Shown: positions 8,949 to 19,019 of the stretch, in pieces
Numbering within the stretch: the first letter of the stretch is position 1
Layout of the letters: the number at the start of each line of letters is the position of its first letter
Assembly: GCF_032191835.1 (NCBI RefSeq)
Contig: NC_083226.1
Coordinates: forward strand, 9,796,001-9,860,000
From: Heteronotia binoei
Lineage: Eukaryota
Reading direction: 5' to 3'
Length of the DNA: 64,000 nucleotides
The notes under the pieces: model-generated
The model's input: the letters and a program-made list of their open reading frames with translations, nothing else
Told to the model about the DNA's origin: nothing
Databases searched by the model: none
Translations under genes and position numbers: made by a program

Positions 8949-11900
8949 TCAAGTCACATAATCCTGCAAGTAGGCTGGGGCCCGGCGTTCCCGGGTTGAT
9001 CGCCTTGGGGTCCCTTGGGGCGTTGGGGCGGCCCCCGCAGAGGGGCTCTCCTCTTGGCGATTCTCTTCCGGTGGCTAGCGGGTCGCCCGGTCTCGGGGAA
9101 TCGTATGTTGGCAGGGTCGGCGCCGGCGGGGCCGCTTCAGGTGGTTCCGTTGTTGGCTCGTTCCCGCTTGCTGCTTCCCCAGCCCCTGTTGGCTCCTCCT
9201 GCATGGTGCGGCGGCACAGCTGGTCGATGTGTCTCCGGAGGATCTGGCCCCCCTCCGTTGACACCTCGTACGATCGGGACCCTGTCAACCGCAGAACCCG
9301 GCCTGCTACCCACTCTGGTCCGCTTGCGAAGTTCTTCGCAAAGACCGGGTCGCCCGGGAAGAACCCCCGCGCCGCTTCCCTGACTTCGGGGGAATTGCAG
9401 ACGTCGGTAGCCCGGTCTGGGTGCAGCCTGTCCAGCCTGGTTATCAGTTTCCTCCCCATGAGTAGTTCTGCAGGGCTCGATCCTGTTGTGGGGTTGGGGG
9501 TAATCCTGTTGTGGAACAGGAAGGTTGCCAGGCGGTGGTCCCAGTCCCCCTGCACTATGCGACCCAGGGCCTCTTTGGTGGTCCGCACCATGCGTTCTGC
9601 CTGGCCATTGGTGGCCGGATGGAAGGGGGCGGATCTAATATGCTGGATGAGGTACCGACTGATAAACTCCCGGAATTCCCGGGAGGTGAATGCAGTCCCA
9701 TTATCCGTGACCAGGGTGTCGGGGATCCCGTGCATACAAAAGACCCTCCGCAAAGCCCTGACGGCCGCTGCTGTGGAGGTGGATGCAACCAGGATCACCT
9801 CCAACCATTTAGTGTAGGCATCGACCAGGACGAAGAATATTTGGCCCTGGTATGGCCCGGCAAAATCTAAATGCAAGCGGGACCATGGCCGCCGGTTGGA
9901 CTCCCAGCAGTGGACGGGGGCACTTGGCGGATCGGGCCGGGATTCTTGGCAGGGTTGGCACCTTCTCACCCACCCCTCAATCTCCTCATCCATGCCTGGC
10001 CACCATACGTAACTGCTGGCCAGGGCTTTCATTCTCACAATCCCGGGGTGGGTTTCATGTAGGGCGTCTAAAACTTGCTTGCGCATGGGCGGGGGACCAC
10101 CACCCTGCTGCCCCAGAGTAAGCAACCCTTGTGCGTGGATAGTTCGTCTCTTCGTGACGCAAATGGCCTGAACTCACTGTCCACCTTGCCCGTAGGCCAC
10201 CCCCTCCCCACCCAGTCCAGAACCCGTGCGAGGATGCGGTCCCTGCCTGTAACCCGAGCCACCTCAGCGGCGTGGAGTGGCTGCTTGGGCAGAGACTCTA
10301 TGAGCATCACCTGGTGGGCCAGGGTGGGATCTGGGTCTGTTGAAGAAAGCGGCAGGCGGCTGAGGGCATCCGCGTGCCCCATTGCTTTGCCCGGGCGGTG
10401 CACTAAGGTGTAGGAGTAAGAGTTGAGGAATTGGTTCCACCTCAGGACTCACTGGGACAAGATTTGTGGGGTCTGCCGGTCGGGGGCGAGGAGGCCCAGG
10501 AGCGGCTTATGGTCGGTGGCAATGGTGAAGTGCCTACCATATAGGCAGTCGTTGAACTTGTGCACCCCCGCCACGATTGCCAGAGCCTCCTTGTTGATCT
10601 GAGCGTAGTTGCGCTCCGCGGGGGCTAGAGTTCTTGAATAGTATGCTACCGGGACCTCCCTCCCGTCCGGGAGTTGGTGCCCCAGAACTGCACCCACCCC
10701 GTACGAGGAAGCGTCGCAAGCCAGGATCAGCGGCAGGGCTTCGTCGAAGTGGTGGAGCACAGCGTTGGAGACAAGGAGATCCTTGACTGCCTGAAATGCT
10801 GCGGCTTGGCGCTTTCCCCAAACCCACGGGGCTTGTTTATCAAGCAGCCGGTGGAGTGGTTCTGCTATGGCCACCTTGTGGGGCAGGAACGAATGGTAAA
10901 AGTTCAACAACCCCAAGAAACTTTGGAGCTCCGCCTTGCATGTGGGGGCTGGGGCTTGGACGATAGCCCTGGTTTTGTCCTCCGTCGGGTGGATCTCCGC
11001 TGCGTCCACGGTGAACCCCAGGAACTCCACCCGCGGTACCCCTAGCAAGCATTTTTCCTTTTTGACCTTTAGCCCCGCCGCTTGAAAGCGGCTGAGGACC
11101 TCTCTCAGGTGGCTGCTGAATTCCTCTGCGTCTGGGGCGGTGATTAGAACATCATCGAAAAATGGCTGCACTCTGGGGATCGCTTTAAGGAGAGAGTCCA
11201 TTATACTCTGAAAGATCCCCGGAGCTACGCTAACCCCAAATTGTAGCCTCCGAACCCTAAAAGCTCCCCGGTGGGTGACAATGGTCTGTGCCTCGGTGGT
11301 CTTGGCGTCGACCGGTAGTTGCTGGTATGCTTGTGCCAAATCCAGCTTCCCAAAAATTTTGGACCCTGCTAGGGCTGCCAGTATGTGGCTGACCACCGGG
11401 ACGGGGTAAGGGTTGTCCTGGAGCGCTTTGTTGATAGTGCACTTGTAGTCAGCACAAATTCTCACCTCCCCATTTGGCTTCACAGGTGTGACTATGGGAG
11501 TTTCCCAGGCCGCATAGGACACTGGTTCTAAGACTCCCTGGGCTGTGAGGCGGTCCAGCTCTGCCTCAATCTTTGGTTTTAAGGCGAACAGGACCCGCCT
11601 CGCCTTGAGCCGGATCGGTCTGACCAGGAGATCGAGCGGCAGAATGATGGGCGGCCCTTTGTAACTCCCCAGGAACCCATCAAAAACGGCTGGGAACTCC
11701 CGGCAGACGTCCTCGAAGCTACCCACCTGTACTTGCTCTACCCCCACTAACTGGATCCCCAGTGGTTGGAACCAGGCCAGCCCCAGTAAGGTGGTGAGCT
11801 GGCGCTTGACCACCAGAATGTCCAGAGGTCCCCTGAATTTCCCTCTCTCTACCCATACCCGGGCCCAGCCCACAATGTGTACCGGGTTTTTTGGGAAGTC

Positions 11901-12932
11901 CCTCAGAACAAACTCAGCCGGCCTCAGTTGGAGGCGGCGGCGGGGGCACAGTTTCTTTAGGGTTTCCTCCGAAATTATGGAGATGGAGGAACCAGAGTCC
12001 ACTTCCATGAGGCATGGGGCGCCCTCAATGAGGACCGTCATTTTAACCTTGTCGGGGGCGGAGAGGGGCAAGTTCAATACCTGCAGGTTGGTTGACGCTG
12101 TCATGTGGGCCTCGGTGGAGTCATGATGCGCTGTCGGTCGCCGACGGCTGTTCTTGGCCCGGCAAGCCCGAGCGATGTGGCCCATCTTTCCACAACTACG
12201 GCAGTCCATGTTGCAGTATGGACAGTCCCTCCTCTCGTGGGGGTCGCCGCAGCTGGCGCACTTGATGGTGGAGGGTCTCTCCGTCGCTCATTGCCTTGAG
12301 GGGGCTCTTGGGTCTGCTCCTTGTGGCCGCTGGAGCTGGAAAGCCTCTTCGTCCTCCCGGTCACCCGGCACCATCTTTTCCTGGTGGACTGCCTCTCCAC
12401 GTGGGTGGCTGTATGCTTTTGTGGCCCTCTCGAAGGCTGTCGCCTCGTTGAAGGCTTGTTGGAGGGTGAGCTCTTCCTTAGCGAAGAGCTTCTGTTGCAG
12501 CCTTTCATCTCGGAGGCCCCAGACGAATCGGTCTCTCAGGGCCTCCTCTCGTTTGTCGAACCCGCAGTTCCCTGCGATCTGGCGGAGGGCGGCCAGGTAG
12601 ACTGCAGCCATCTCCCCGGACTTCTGGTCCCTCTTGTGGAAGAGGAATCTGCGGGCGACGATGGACGGTTGGGGCGAGAAATGCCCTGTGAGGAGTCTGA
12701 CGACCTCCCCGTATGTCCTCTCGGTGAGCTTCACTGGGGCAAAGAGACCTCGTGCGATCTCAAAGGTTGCCTCTCCGCAGACGCTCAACAGGACGTCCCT
12801 CATTCGGTTGTCGTCCGTGATCATGTTGGCCCGCAGGTAGCATTCGACCCGTTCGGTATAGGTCTCCCACCTCTCGGGGTGGTCTGGGTTGAACTCAGCA
12901 AGATGGCCCGTCGTTACACTAGAGTTCGCCAT
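8949..12932 (-). pseudogene. gag-pol polyprotein of Mag-like Gypsy element with 2 nonsense codons and 2 frameshifts
   Basis: Zinc knuckles CASCGDPHERRDC and CRSCGKMGHIARAC; protease VDSGS; RT FFDD; RNase H CDASS/TDHKPL; integrase H..H...CQPC, DFAGP, DNG, AER. In-frame TGA at 12288 and 10449; -1 nt at 10091-10095. The C-terminal RRAPAYLQDYVT* (stop 8949-8951) is in a shifted frame. Confidence 0.92.
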
Positions 12933-13026
12933 CGCGGCGGTGGGCGTCCCAGTTTCTTGCGGTTCTGCGCCTTCCTCGTCTCCAGCCAGGTCAGCTGTTT
13001 TCCCTTGAGAAAGCCTTCCTAGCCAG

Positions 13027-13044
13027 ATCCCATCCTCGTCGCCA
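13027..13044 (-). promoter_or_regulatory. Primer-binding site complementary to tRNA-Ser(GCU) 3' end
   Basis: Minus strand TGGCGACGAGGATGGGAT, 1 nt from the 5' LTR; the plus strand atcccatcctcgtcgcca equals the vertebrate tRNA-Ser(GCU) 3' end as I recall it. Confidence 0.85.
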
Positions 13045-13045
13045 G

Positions 13046-13321
13046 TGTAATGTGCTCAGTGACGAGACGTGCAGAAGGCAACATACTTTATTCAAAGGTA
13101 CATCACAGAACGGGGCAACGTGGGCCAGGACCCGCTTTATATACACTCAGCCCGGAACGGCCCCCCAGCTGGCCCAGACCAATCCTGGCCCGTCAAACTT
13201 CCCGCCACAGATCTTGATTGGCGGAGTCCTTTCGCACGCTGCGCCGAGTGACCAGGGGATTCCCCCTGCTCGCCTCTGTTGCATGGCCGCGCGGTGCTTT
13301 ACTAAAGCACAATACACTACA
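13046..13321 (-). repeat. 5' LTR of Mag-like element
   Basis: 276 bp, tgtaatg...cactaca, adjacent to the PBS. Confidence 0.95.
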
Positions 13322-13534
13322 ACTACAATACTACAAAACACTATACACTTGTAGCAATCCGACCAAAACCAGCATTGACAACTATTTCCATTTTAACAAA
13401 TTGGTCAAAAAGCTTTCAGACACTCACAAACAATTCTTAGACACACCCCATAACATTGCAGGAGGTACAAGAGGCCATGGAACATCTAAAAGGAAAACAA
13501 ACGGACTCTCTTCGGAGTGCCTGAAAGCTTCGGA

Positions 13535-13670
13535 GATAATATCCTGTGGGGTTTAGAAACTTGTTTACAACCCTTTGGGCTGATTACAAGCCTTATAAAA
13601 AGAAAGGTTTTGTGACAAATTGCTACTAATTGGAAGAGCCCTTCTACAGCCTCCCTCCATGGAAGTATTC
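13535..13670 (+). pseudogene. Degenerate copy of the OR promoter/exon-1 block (upstream of OR-b)
   Basis: Aligns with 18896-19030, 30620-30750, 48450-48580 and 56985-57115, but ggaATGgaa has become ggaagagc and the cac|GTAAG donor has become cat|GGAAG (13661). Confidence 0.7.
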
Positions 13671-13879
13671 TGCTTTATGTATTTCTTCATTACCTGTTCG
13701 TTCTAGAATGGAATGAGGCTTGTGAAGGAGACTTAAAGCACCTTTAACTTAAGAGCTTTTTCAGTTATATTTCCCCAACTGAGGGAAAGTGGAACAAAGC
13801 CTTTGAGGAGTGATTGGCAGCCCAGGAGAGGTAAGGAAACCATTAGTTGCATCCCAATACAACAACTCAGCTCGTAGCT

Positions 13880-14145
13880 AAGAAGAGAGGAAGAGCCGTG
13901 CTGGATCAGACAAAAGTCCCATCAAGTCCAGCCTCTTGCTCATGCAGTGGTCAACCGGCTGCCTCTGGAAGCCCACAAGCAGGATGACGGCAACAGCAAT
14001 TTCCTGCCATGCACCCCAGAAAGGGATATAGAGAGGATCCGGAGGGAGTAGATATCCATCTAGACTAGTGGACGTTGACAGCCCTGTCCTCGATGAATTT
14101 GGCCACACCATCTTAAAGCCTTCCAAGTTGTTGGCCATCACCACT
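13880..14145 (-). mobile_element. CR1-type LINE 3' fragment
   Basis: gccgtgctggatcagac...catcaagtccagcc...aagccttccaagttgttggccatcaccac is typical of squamate CR1 3' ends. Confidence 0.65.
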
Positions 14146-14364
14146 TAAATATCTGGTAAAATTGTTGAACAGATCTTTCAGCAGTCAGCCTGTGAGCATC
14201 TAGAGAAATATATGTTGACTATTGGGATCTGGATAAGGAGCACCGTGGCGCAGAGTGGTAAAGCTATAATTCCTGTACTAAATAGGAAGTTGCACTAGGT
14301 TGCCTCCTAATTCTGCCAGCCTATGACTCTAACTCAGAAGTATTTTTAGTAGAGCCTGAAGGTT

Positions 14365-14650
14365 TCATGCATTAGCCTGGAGAGGAGGCAGCTGAGAGGT
14401 GATGTGATCGCAGTCTTCAAGTACTTAAAGGGCTGCCATCTAGAGGATGGTGCAGGGCTGTTCTCTGTTGCTGCAGAAGGTAGGACCGGAACAGTTGGTT
14501 GCAATTAAATCAGAGGAGTTTCCGCTCAACATTAGGAAGAACCTCCTGATAGTTAGAGCAGTTCCTCAGTGGAACAAGTTCCTTGGGAGTTGGTTGTCTC
14601 TCCTTCGTTGGAGGCTTTTAAACAGAGGCTAGATGGCCGTCTGACGGGAA
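14365..14650 (+). mobile_element. CR1 LINE 3' fragment
   Basis: ttagcctggagaggaggcagctgagaggtgat...aacattaggaagaac...aaacagaggctagatggcc. Confidence 0.8.
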
Positions 14651-14833
14651 GGCTGAACCTTTGAATGGGAATGTTATTTCTAAAGACAATATAAGCCACC
14701 CCTTCTCTCTCTTTGAGAAGTTTCCAGACAACTTCAGAGTTAAGGTAACCCCAAGAATTTTTTGTGTAAATTATTAATTGTCACTCTCAGAAATTTTTAA
14801 GGGTGTAATGGTTTCATTCCAGATTCAACATAA

Positions 14834-15772
14834 ATGGAACGAGAAAATCAAAGTATGGTGACAGAATTCATCCTCATTGGATTTTCCAGCTTCCCAGATC
14901 TGCAGATCCCTCTGTTTGTGGTGTTCACCATTATGTACTTTACTATTTTGATAGGGAATATTATCATTATCACCACAGTAAGGCATGAACCCAACCTTCA
15001 TATCCCCATGTACTTCTTCCTTGCAATTCTTTCCAGTTCAGAAATCTGCTATACACTCATCATTATCCCCAATATGCTCGCAAATCTTCTAAGAGAAAAG
15101 GGAACTATTTCATTTGTTGGCTGTGCTACTCAGATGTCTATGTTCCTCGGCTTCGGTAGTACAAACTGCATGCTTCTGACAGTGATGGGGTATGATCGAT
15201 ACGTGTCCATATGTAAACCATTACGTTATCCAGTTCTGATGAATCAGGGACTCTGTACTAAACTGGTTGTTTTTTCAGCTTCAACAGGTTTTCTTTGTTC
15301 TACACTTGAGACCATTATTATATTTACCTTGCCATTCTGTGGGCCGAATAAAATCCATCACTTCTTTTGTGATTTAGCACCATTACTTGAGTTGGCCTGT
15401 GGCCGAAATTTTATGGGGGAAATTGTTATTTTTCTTATGTGTTTTCTGGTGGTGTTTTGCTCGTTCCTTCTCATCCTTCTGTCATATCTTTTAATCTTAA
15501 ATGCAATCCTGAAAATCCCCACCACAGAAGGAAAGCGCAAAGCCTTTTCAACTTGCACCTCCCATCTCATTGTGGTGGCTGTACATTTTGGATGTGCTTC
15601 TATTATTTACCTGAGGCCCCAATCCAGGTACACTTTGAATGAAGACATGTTTATCTCTGTTACATACACCCTGGTGACTCCGTTGCTGAATCCTGTCGTT
15701 TACAGCCTGAGGAACAAGGATGTCCAAGTGGCACTCAGGAAATCCTTGGGCAAAAGCACCTGGAAGATGTGA
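14834..15772 (+). CDS. Olfactory receptor, class II, OR10-family-like (OR-b), 312 aa
   Basis: Same OR motifs as OR-a, its closest paralogue; acceptor AG at 14821-14822. Confidence 0.95.
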   Translation: MERENQSMVTEFILIGFSSFPDLQIPLFVVFTIMYFTILIGNIIIITTVRHEPNLHIPMYFFLAILSSSEICYTLIIIPNMLANLLREKGTISFVGCATQMSMFLGFGSTNCMLLTVMGYDRYVSICKPLRYPVLMNQGLCTKLVVFSASTGFLCSTLETIIIFTLPFCGPNKIHHFFCDLAPLLELACGRNFMGEIVIFLMCFLVVFCSFLLILLSYLLILNAILKIPTTEGKRKAFSTCTSHLIVVAVHFGCASIIYLRPQSRYTLNEDMFISVTYTLVTPLLNPVVYSLRNKDVQVALRKSLGKSTWKM

Positions 15773-16410
15773 GAAGGGCTTATGGTGGATGAAACAGGCT
15801 TGCCACGAATTGTACTTCAGGGGGAAACAATGAATTATCATCCTGAAGAAAAGCCATGAGCTCAGTTAACATTTTTTTACTGTATGGAGCAATAATTTTT
15901 CTTGCTATTTAGTCTCTTCCTCAAATCCATATGCTAATTAATTATGAAAATGTCTTTTCCTAATATCCACCCATCAGTTTAAACCTCTTATTTTCTGCTT
16001 ACTTAAAGTAGGAAAACAAATTGGATTAGGAATATTCTCTATAACAACTGAAATTGTAAGCACAAATGCCAAATAATTTTTTTTTTTAATCCTGACAATA
16101 ACTGGTGGAGCCATGGAACAGCTGCCAAAGTTGACCACCCCTCACTTCCTCAAATGAAACCACGAGGAGTGGGATGAGCCTCTCAGCGTGGGAGATCTAG
16201 CCAATCCAGGGGTTGCTGGCTGGCAGGTAAGGGAGCAGATGCCTTCCTCTGATCAGTCTTTTCCGGCCTGAGCTCAGAATCAGACGTGCTTTCAGCTGGA
16301 GTTTTCTTCAAGCCATGTGGCGTTCTCTAAGCAGACTTGTGAGATTGGAGGGACACTGCGGGGGGGGGGGGGGGGAGGTTCTAAGGAAGACTCATCAATC
16401 TTTGGGGGAG

Positions 16411-16676
16411 TGTAATGTACTGAGAACTGAGACGGTTTGAAGGCAACATAGTTTATTCGGTGGTACATCACAAGAGAGAGAACACGCGGGCCGGGCCCCG
16501 CTTATACACATTACCCGGAACAGCCCCCTCATCCAACCAGGCCAATCCTGGTCGGTCAAACTTCCCGCCACAGATCTTGATGGGCGGGGCATCAGGCGAG
16601 CTCCATCCGGGGACCCGAGGGTCGCCTTCAGTAGCGATCGCCATGCGGCCTGATCACTTATGTTCAATACATAACA
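16411..16676. mobile_element. Solo LTR related to the Mag-like element (different subfamily)
   Basis: tgtaatgtac...aatacataaca, 266 bp, perfect 5-bp TSD GGGAG; shares ccaatcctgg.cggtcaaacttcccgccacagatctt with the 8658/13046 LTRs. Confidence 0.9.
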
Positions 16677-17689
16677 GGGAGAGGGGCAACTTTGGCAGCA
16701 GTCACCCCCCCCCCCATAAGTTTTAGCTGCACTTGACATCCTTGGCAGATTGAGTAGCAAAGAAGCCACTGAGGGATCGCAGAGATGGACTTCCCTGTCC
16801 ACAGCACAGGGTAATCTACTGTTGCGGGTACTCACTTGCTGGTGAGTCAGCCAAGGTGGGCGCCGGGGCATGAACAAGGCTTAAGGCAACACACACACCC
16901 TCTGCCCCGCTGAGCCTTTCTTCCTCTGTGGGCAGCGGGTGCTCGTGGGATGCTCTTTGTTGGCAATGGCTGCAGGGCGCCCGGACAGGTGTGGGGTCAG
17001 GGCAGCAAGACACCTGGTTCCTCTTGGGGGGTTTCGAGTTCACGGTTGGTGACTAGCAAATAGCAGCATCTCCCCCTTCCACCAGGTTGTGATGTGCCGC
17101 GGGCGAGTGGAGGGCAAGCAAGGCCAGTGGTAGTGCCCTCTGCTTTCCCCTCACGGAGCCTTGTTTCATCAGAGGCAGCTGTTGTGGGAATGAGGGGCCA
17201 GGTGAAACCCAGTCCCCAAGAAGCAGAAACCCTCCTTTTGGGAGCCATTCAAATATGCATCCTCATTGGCAGATCCTGGGATCTTCTGATACTGCTTCCC
17301 GATTGGCCGGTCTGAATTATGCAGCCAATCGGGATGCAGATCTTTGGATCCTCTCAGTTTATTGTGTTGTGCCTCAAGCACAGGACACAACATCCAACAT
17401 GTCCAGGCATTTTGTGAGTAAATTATTAATCGTCACTCTCACATACATAACAATTAGTCTGTACGTTAACAAGAAGACTCCATCCAATGGAAGTTGTGAA
17501 GAAGACCGAGCATGTTAGTTGGTCTCCAGAGGTCACAGAATGTCAACAAACATTCAGTAAAGAAGGCCTGCACTAGATGGCCATTGAGTTTGCTGTTTTT
17601 CAGGAAACTGTGCAGGTGTGTATGAATCTGGATCTGTTTTGCTTGATTACACTGCTTTCTCTTCGTTTCTTTGCAGCAGCACCTTTCTA

Positions 17690-17990
17690 GAAGATGAAGA
17701 TGAAGCTACTGGATTTATATCCCGCCCTCCACTCCGAAGAATCTCAGAGCGGCTCACAATCTCCTTTACCTTCCTCCCCCACAACAAACACCCTGTGAGG
17801 TGGGTGGGGTTGAGAGGGTTCTCACAGCAGCTGCCCTTTCAAGGACAACCTCTGCCAGAGCTATGGCTGACCCAAGGCCATGCCAGCAAGTGCAAGTGGA
17901 GGAGTGGGGAATCAAACCTGGTTCTCCCAGATAAGAGTCCACACACTTAACCACTACACCAAACCAGCTCTCACTACACCAAACCGGCTC
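17690..17990 (-). mobile_element. tRNA-derived SINE with L2-like tail, single-unit form
   Basis: Head with A-box and B-box-like motifs (tggtgtagtgg, ggtttgattcc) on the minus strand, one internal unit, (GAA)-rich tail. Confidence 0.8.
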
Positions 17991-18082
17991 TCTACCAACT
18001 TAACTGCTATTACCTCAGATTTTAAAAGGTACACAGTTAAGATTTCTTTTTAAAATATATTTGAGTTGACACCTAACATTTA

Positions 18083-18350
18083 AGAGTCGATTTTGCACAC
18101 AGCTTACCACGCAGTCACGTTCCAGTTCTCTGTGCAGCATCTGTCGGATTTCCCACTATCTGCGCCGGAGTTACAGGAAATGTCGCGGCTTTCATGTAGC
18201 AAACGTAAACCGCTAAAACCCAGTTTATGTTTGCTACACAAAAGCTGCAGCACTTCCTGTAACTCCGGGCGCAGATAGTGGGAAATCCGACGGACGCTGC
18301 GCAGAGAACAGGAACGTGACCATGGGGTAAGCTGTGTGCGAAATCGGTCT
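18083..18350. mobile_element. Long palindromic MITE (PIF/Harbinger-like)
   Basis: ~265-bp self-complementary element, gtcgattttgcacacagcttacc...ggtaagctgtgtgcgaaatcggtc; related to 21813-22078 and 33237-33508. Confidence 0.7.
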
Positions 18351-18895
18351 CTGTGTCTTCAGTGGCTGTCGTTTTTATCAGGAATCCACTTCCTGTTGTG
18401 TTTTCTCATGTGCTTGAGCTGAGATGCCATCAGGACTATTTCCTAATGACAGGAATAGTGCAACAGAATAACAGCAGCAATTTTTAACAAAGTGCAGAGG
18501 TTGATTAAGGAGCTGCAACAATTGAAGACGTAACAACCTGGCCTTGTAGAACATGTAAGGACTACAGATGTGTAAAAAGTGCTCAAGACAAACTTGGGCT
18601 CTGTGGCCATCAAGGACCCATGGAAGCAATAACCAATCAGGAGTTCACCTCGTGTTTAACCGAGAGAGTTCACCTGGCTGTCATGCTGGGGTTGAAGCTT
18701 CCTGCATGTCTAGTTGCCCGGCAGTGAGTAGGGAAACAAATCAGAGGGGCCCGTCCTACCCGGAGAGGTCTGCTCCAACCCAAATAAGTTAAAGTCATCC
18801 TGGAGGCAAAATTCCTCAGATAGTTCCCTGATTCCTTGAGGAACTTGTTACTCATATTTTTAACCAGCTCTCATTGAAAATAAAATACCAGACAG

Positions 18896-18994
18896 ATGAT
18901 TTCCTGTGGGATTTAGAAGTCTGCTTACAATGCTTCTTGCTGTATATATGCCATATCTTTAAAAAGAGATTATCGCAAATTGCTGTCCTTTGGA
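18896..18994 (+). promoter_or_regulatory. Putative OR-c promoter block (EBF/Olf-1-like site, AT-rich/TATA-like)
   Basis: TCCTGTGGGA at 18902-18911 (one mismatch to TCCCNNGGGA), positionally conserved in all five paralogous blocks. Confidence 0.45.
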
Positions 18995-19019
18995 ATGGAA
19001 TCCTATAGTTTACTTTCAC
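18995..19019 (+). CDS. Predicted 25-nt coding exon 1 of OR-c (MESYSLLS+)
   Basis: ggaATGGAATCC...TCAC|GTAAGC; splices in frame to acceptor 22338-22339 (25+11 = 36 nt). Confidence 0.65.

Larger units (their letters stand above)
8658..13321 (-). mobile_element. Full-length Ty3/Gypsy LTR retrotransposon (Mag-like), 4664 bp, inactivated
   Basis: Two 276-bp LTRs (TG...CA), 5-bp TSD ACTAC (8653-8657 / 13322-13326), PBS, PPT, and domain order gag-PR-RT-RH-INT. Confidence 0.97.

Noticed and set aside
12288-12290. Programmed gag-pol stop-codon readthrough
   Set aside because: The TGA lies before the zinc knuckles, and a second TGA sits at a consensus Arg in pol; CGA>TGA decay is simpler.
8996-13022. 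Long plus-strand ORFs (273 aa, 233 aa and others) antisense to gag-pol
   Set aside because: Shadow ORFs of GC-rich coding sequence with no recognisable motifs.
13027-13044. tRNA genes (PBS and SINE heads)
   Set aside because: The PBS is only an 18-nt complement; SINE heads have A/B boxes but no complete cloverleaf with acceptor stem.
16360-16375. 16-G homopolymer as a functional G-quadruplex
   Set aside because: Inside unclassified repeat DNA; G-runs are common in this window and prone to assembly error.
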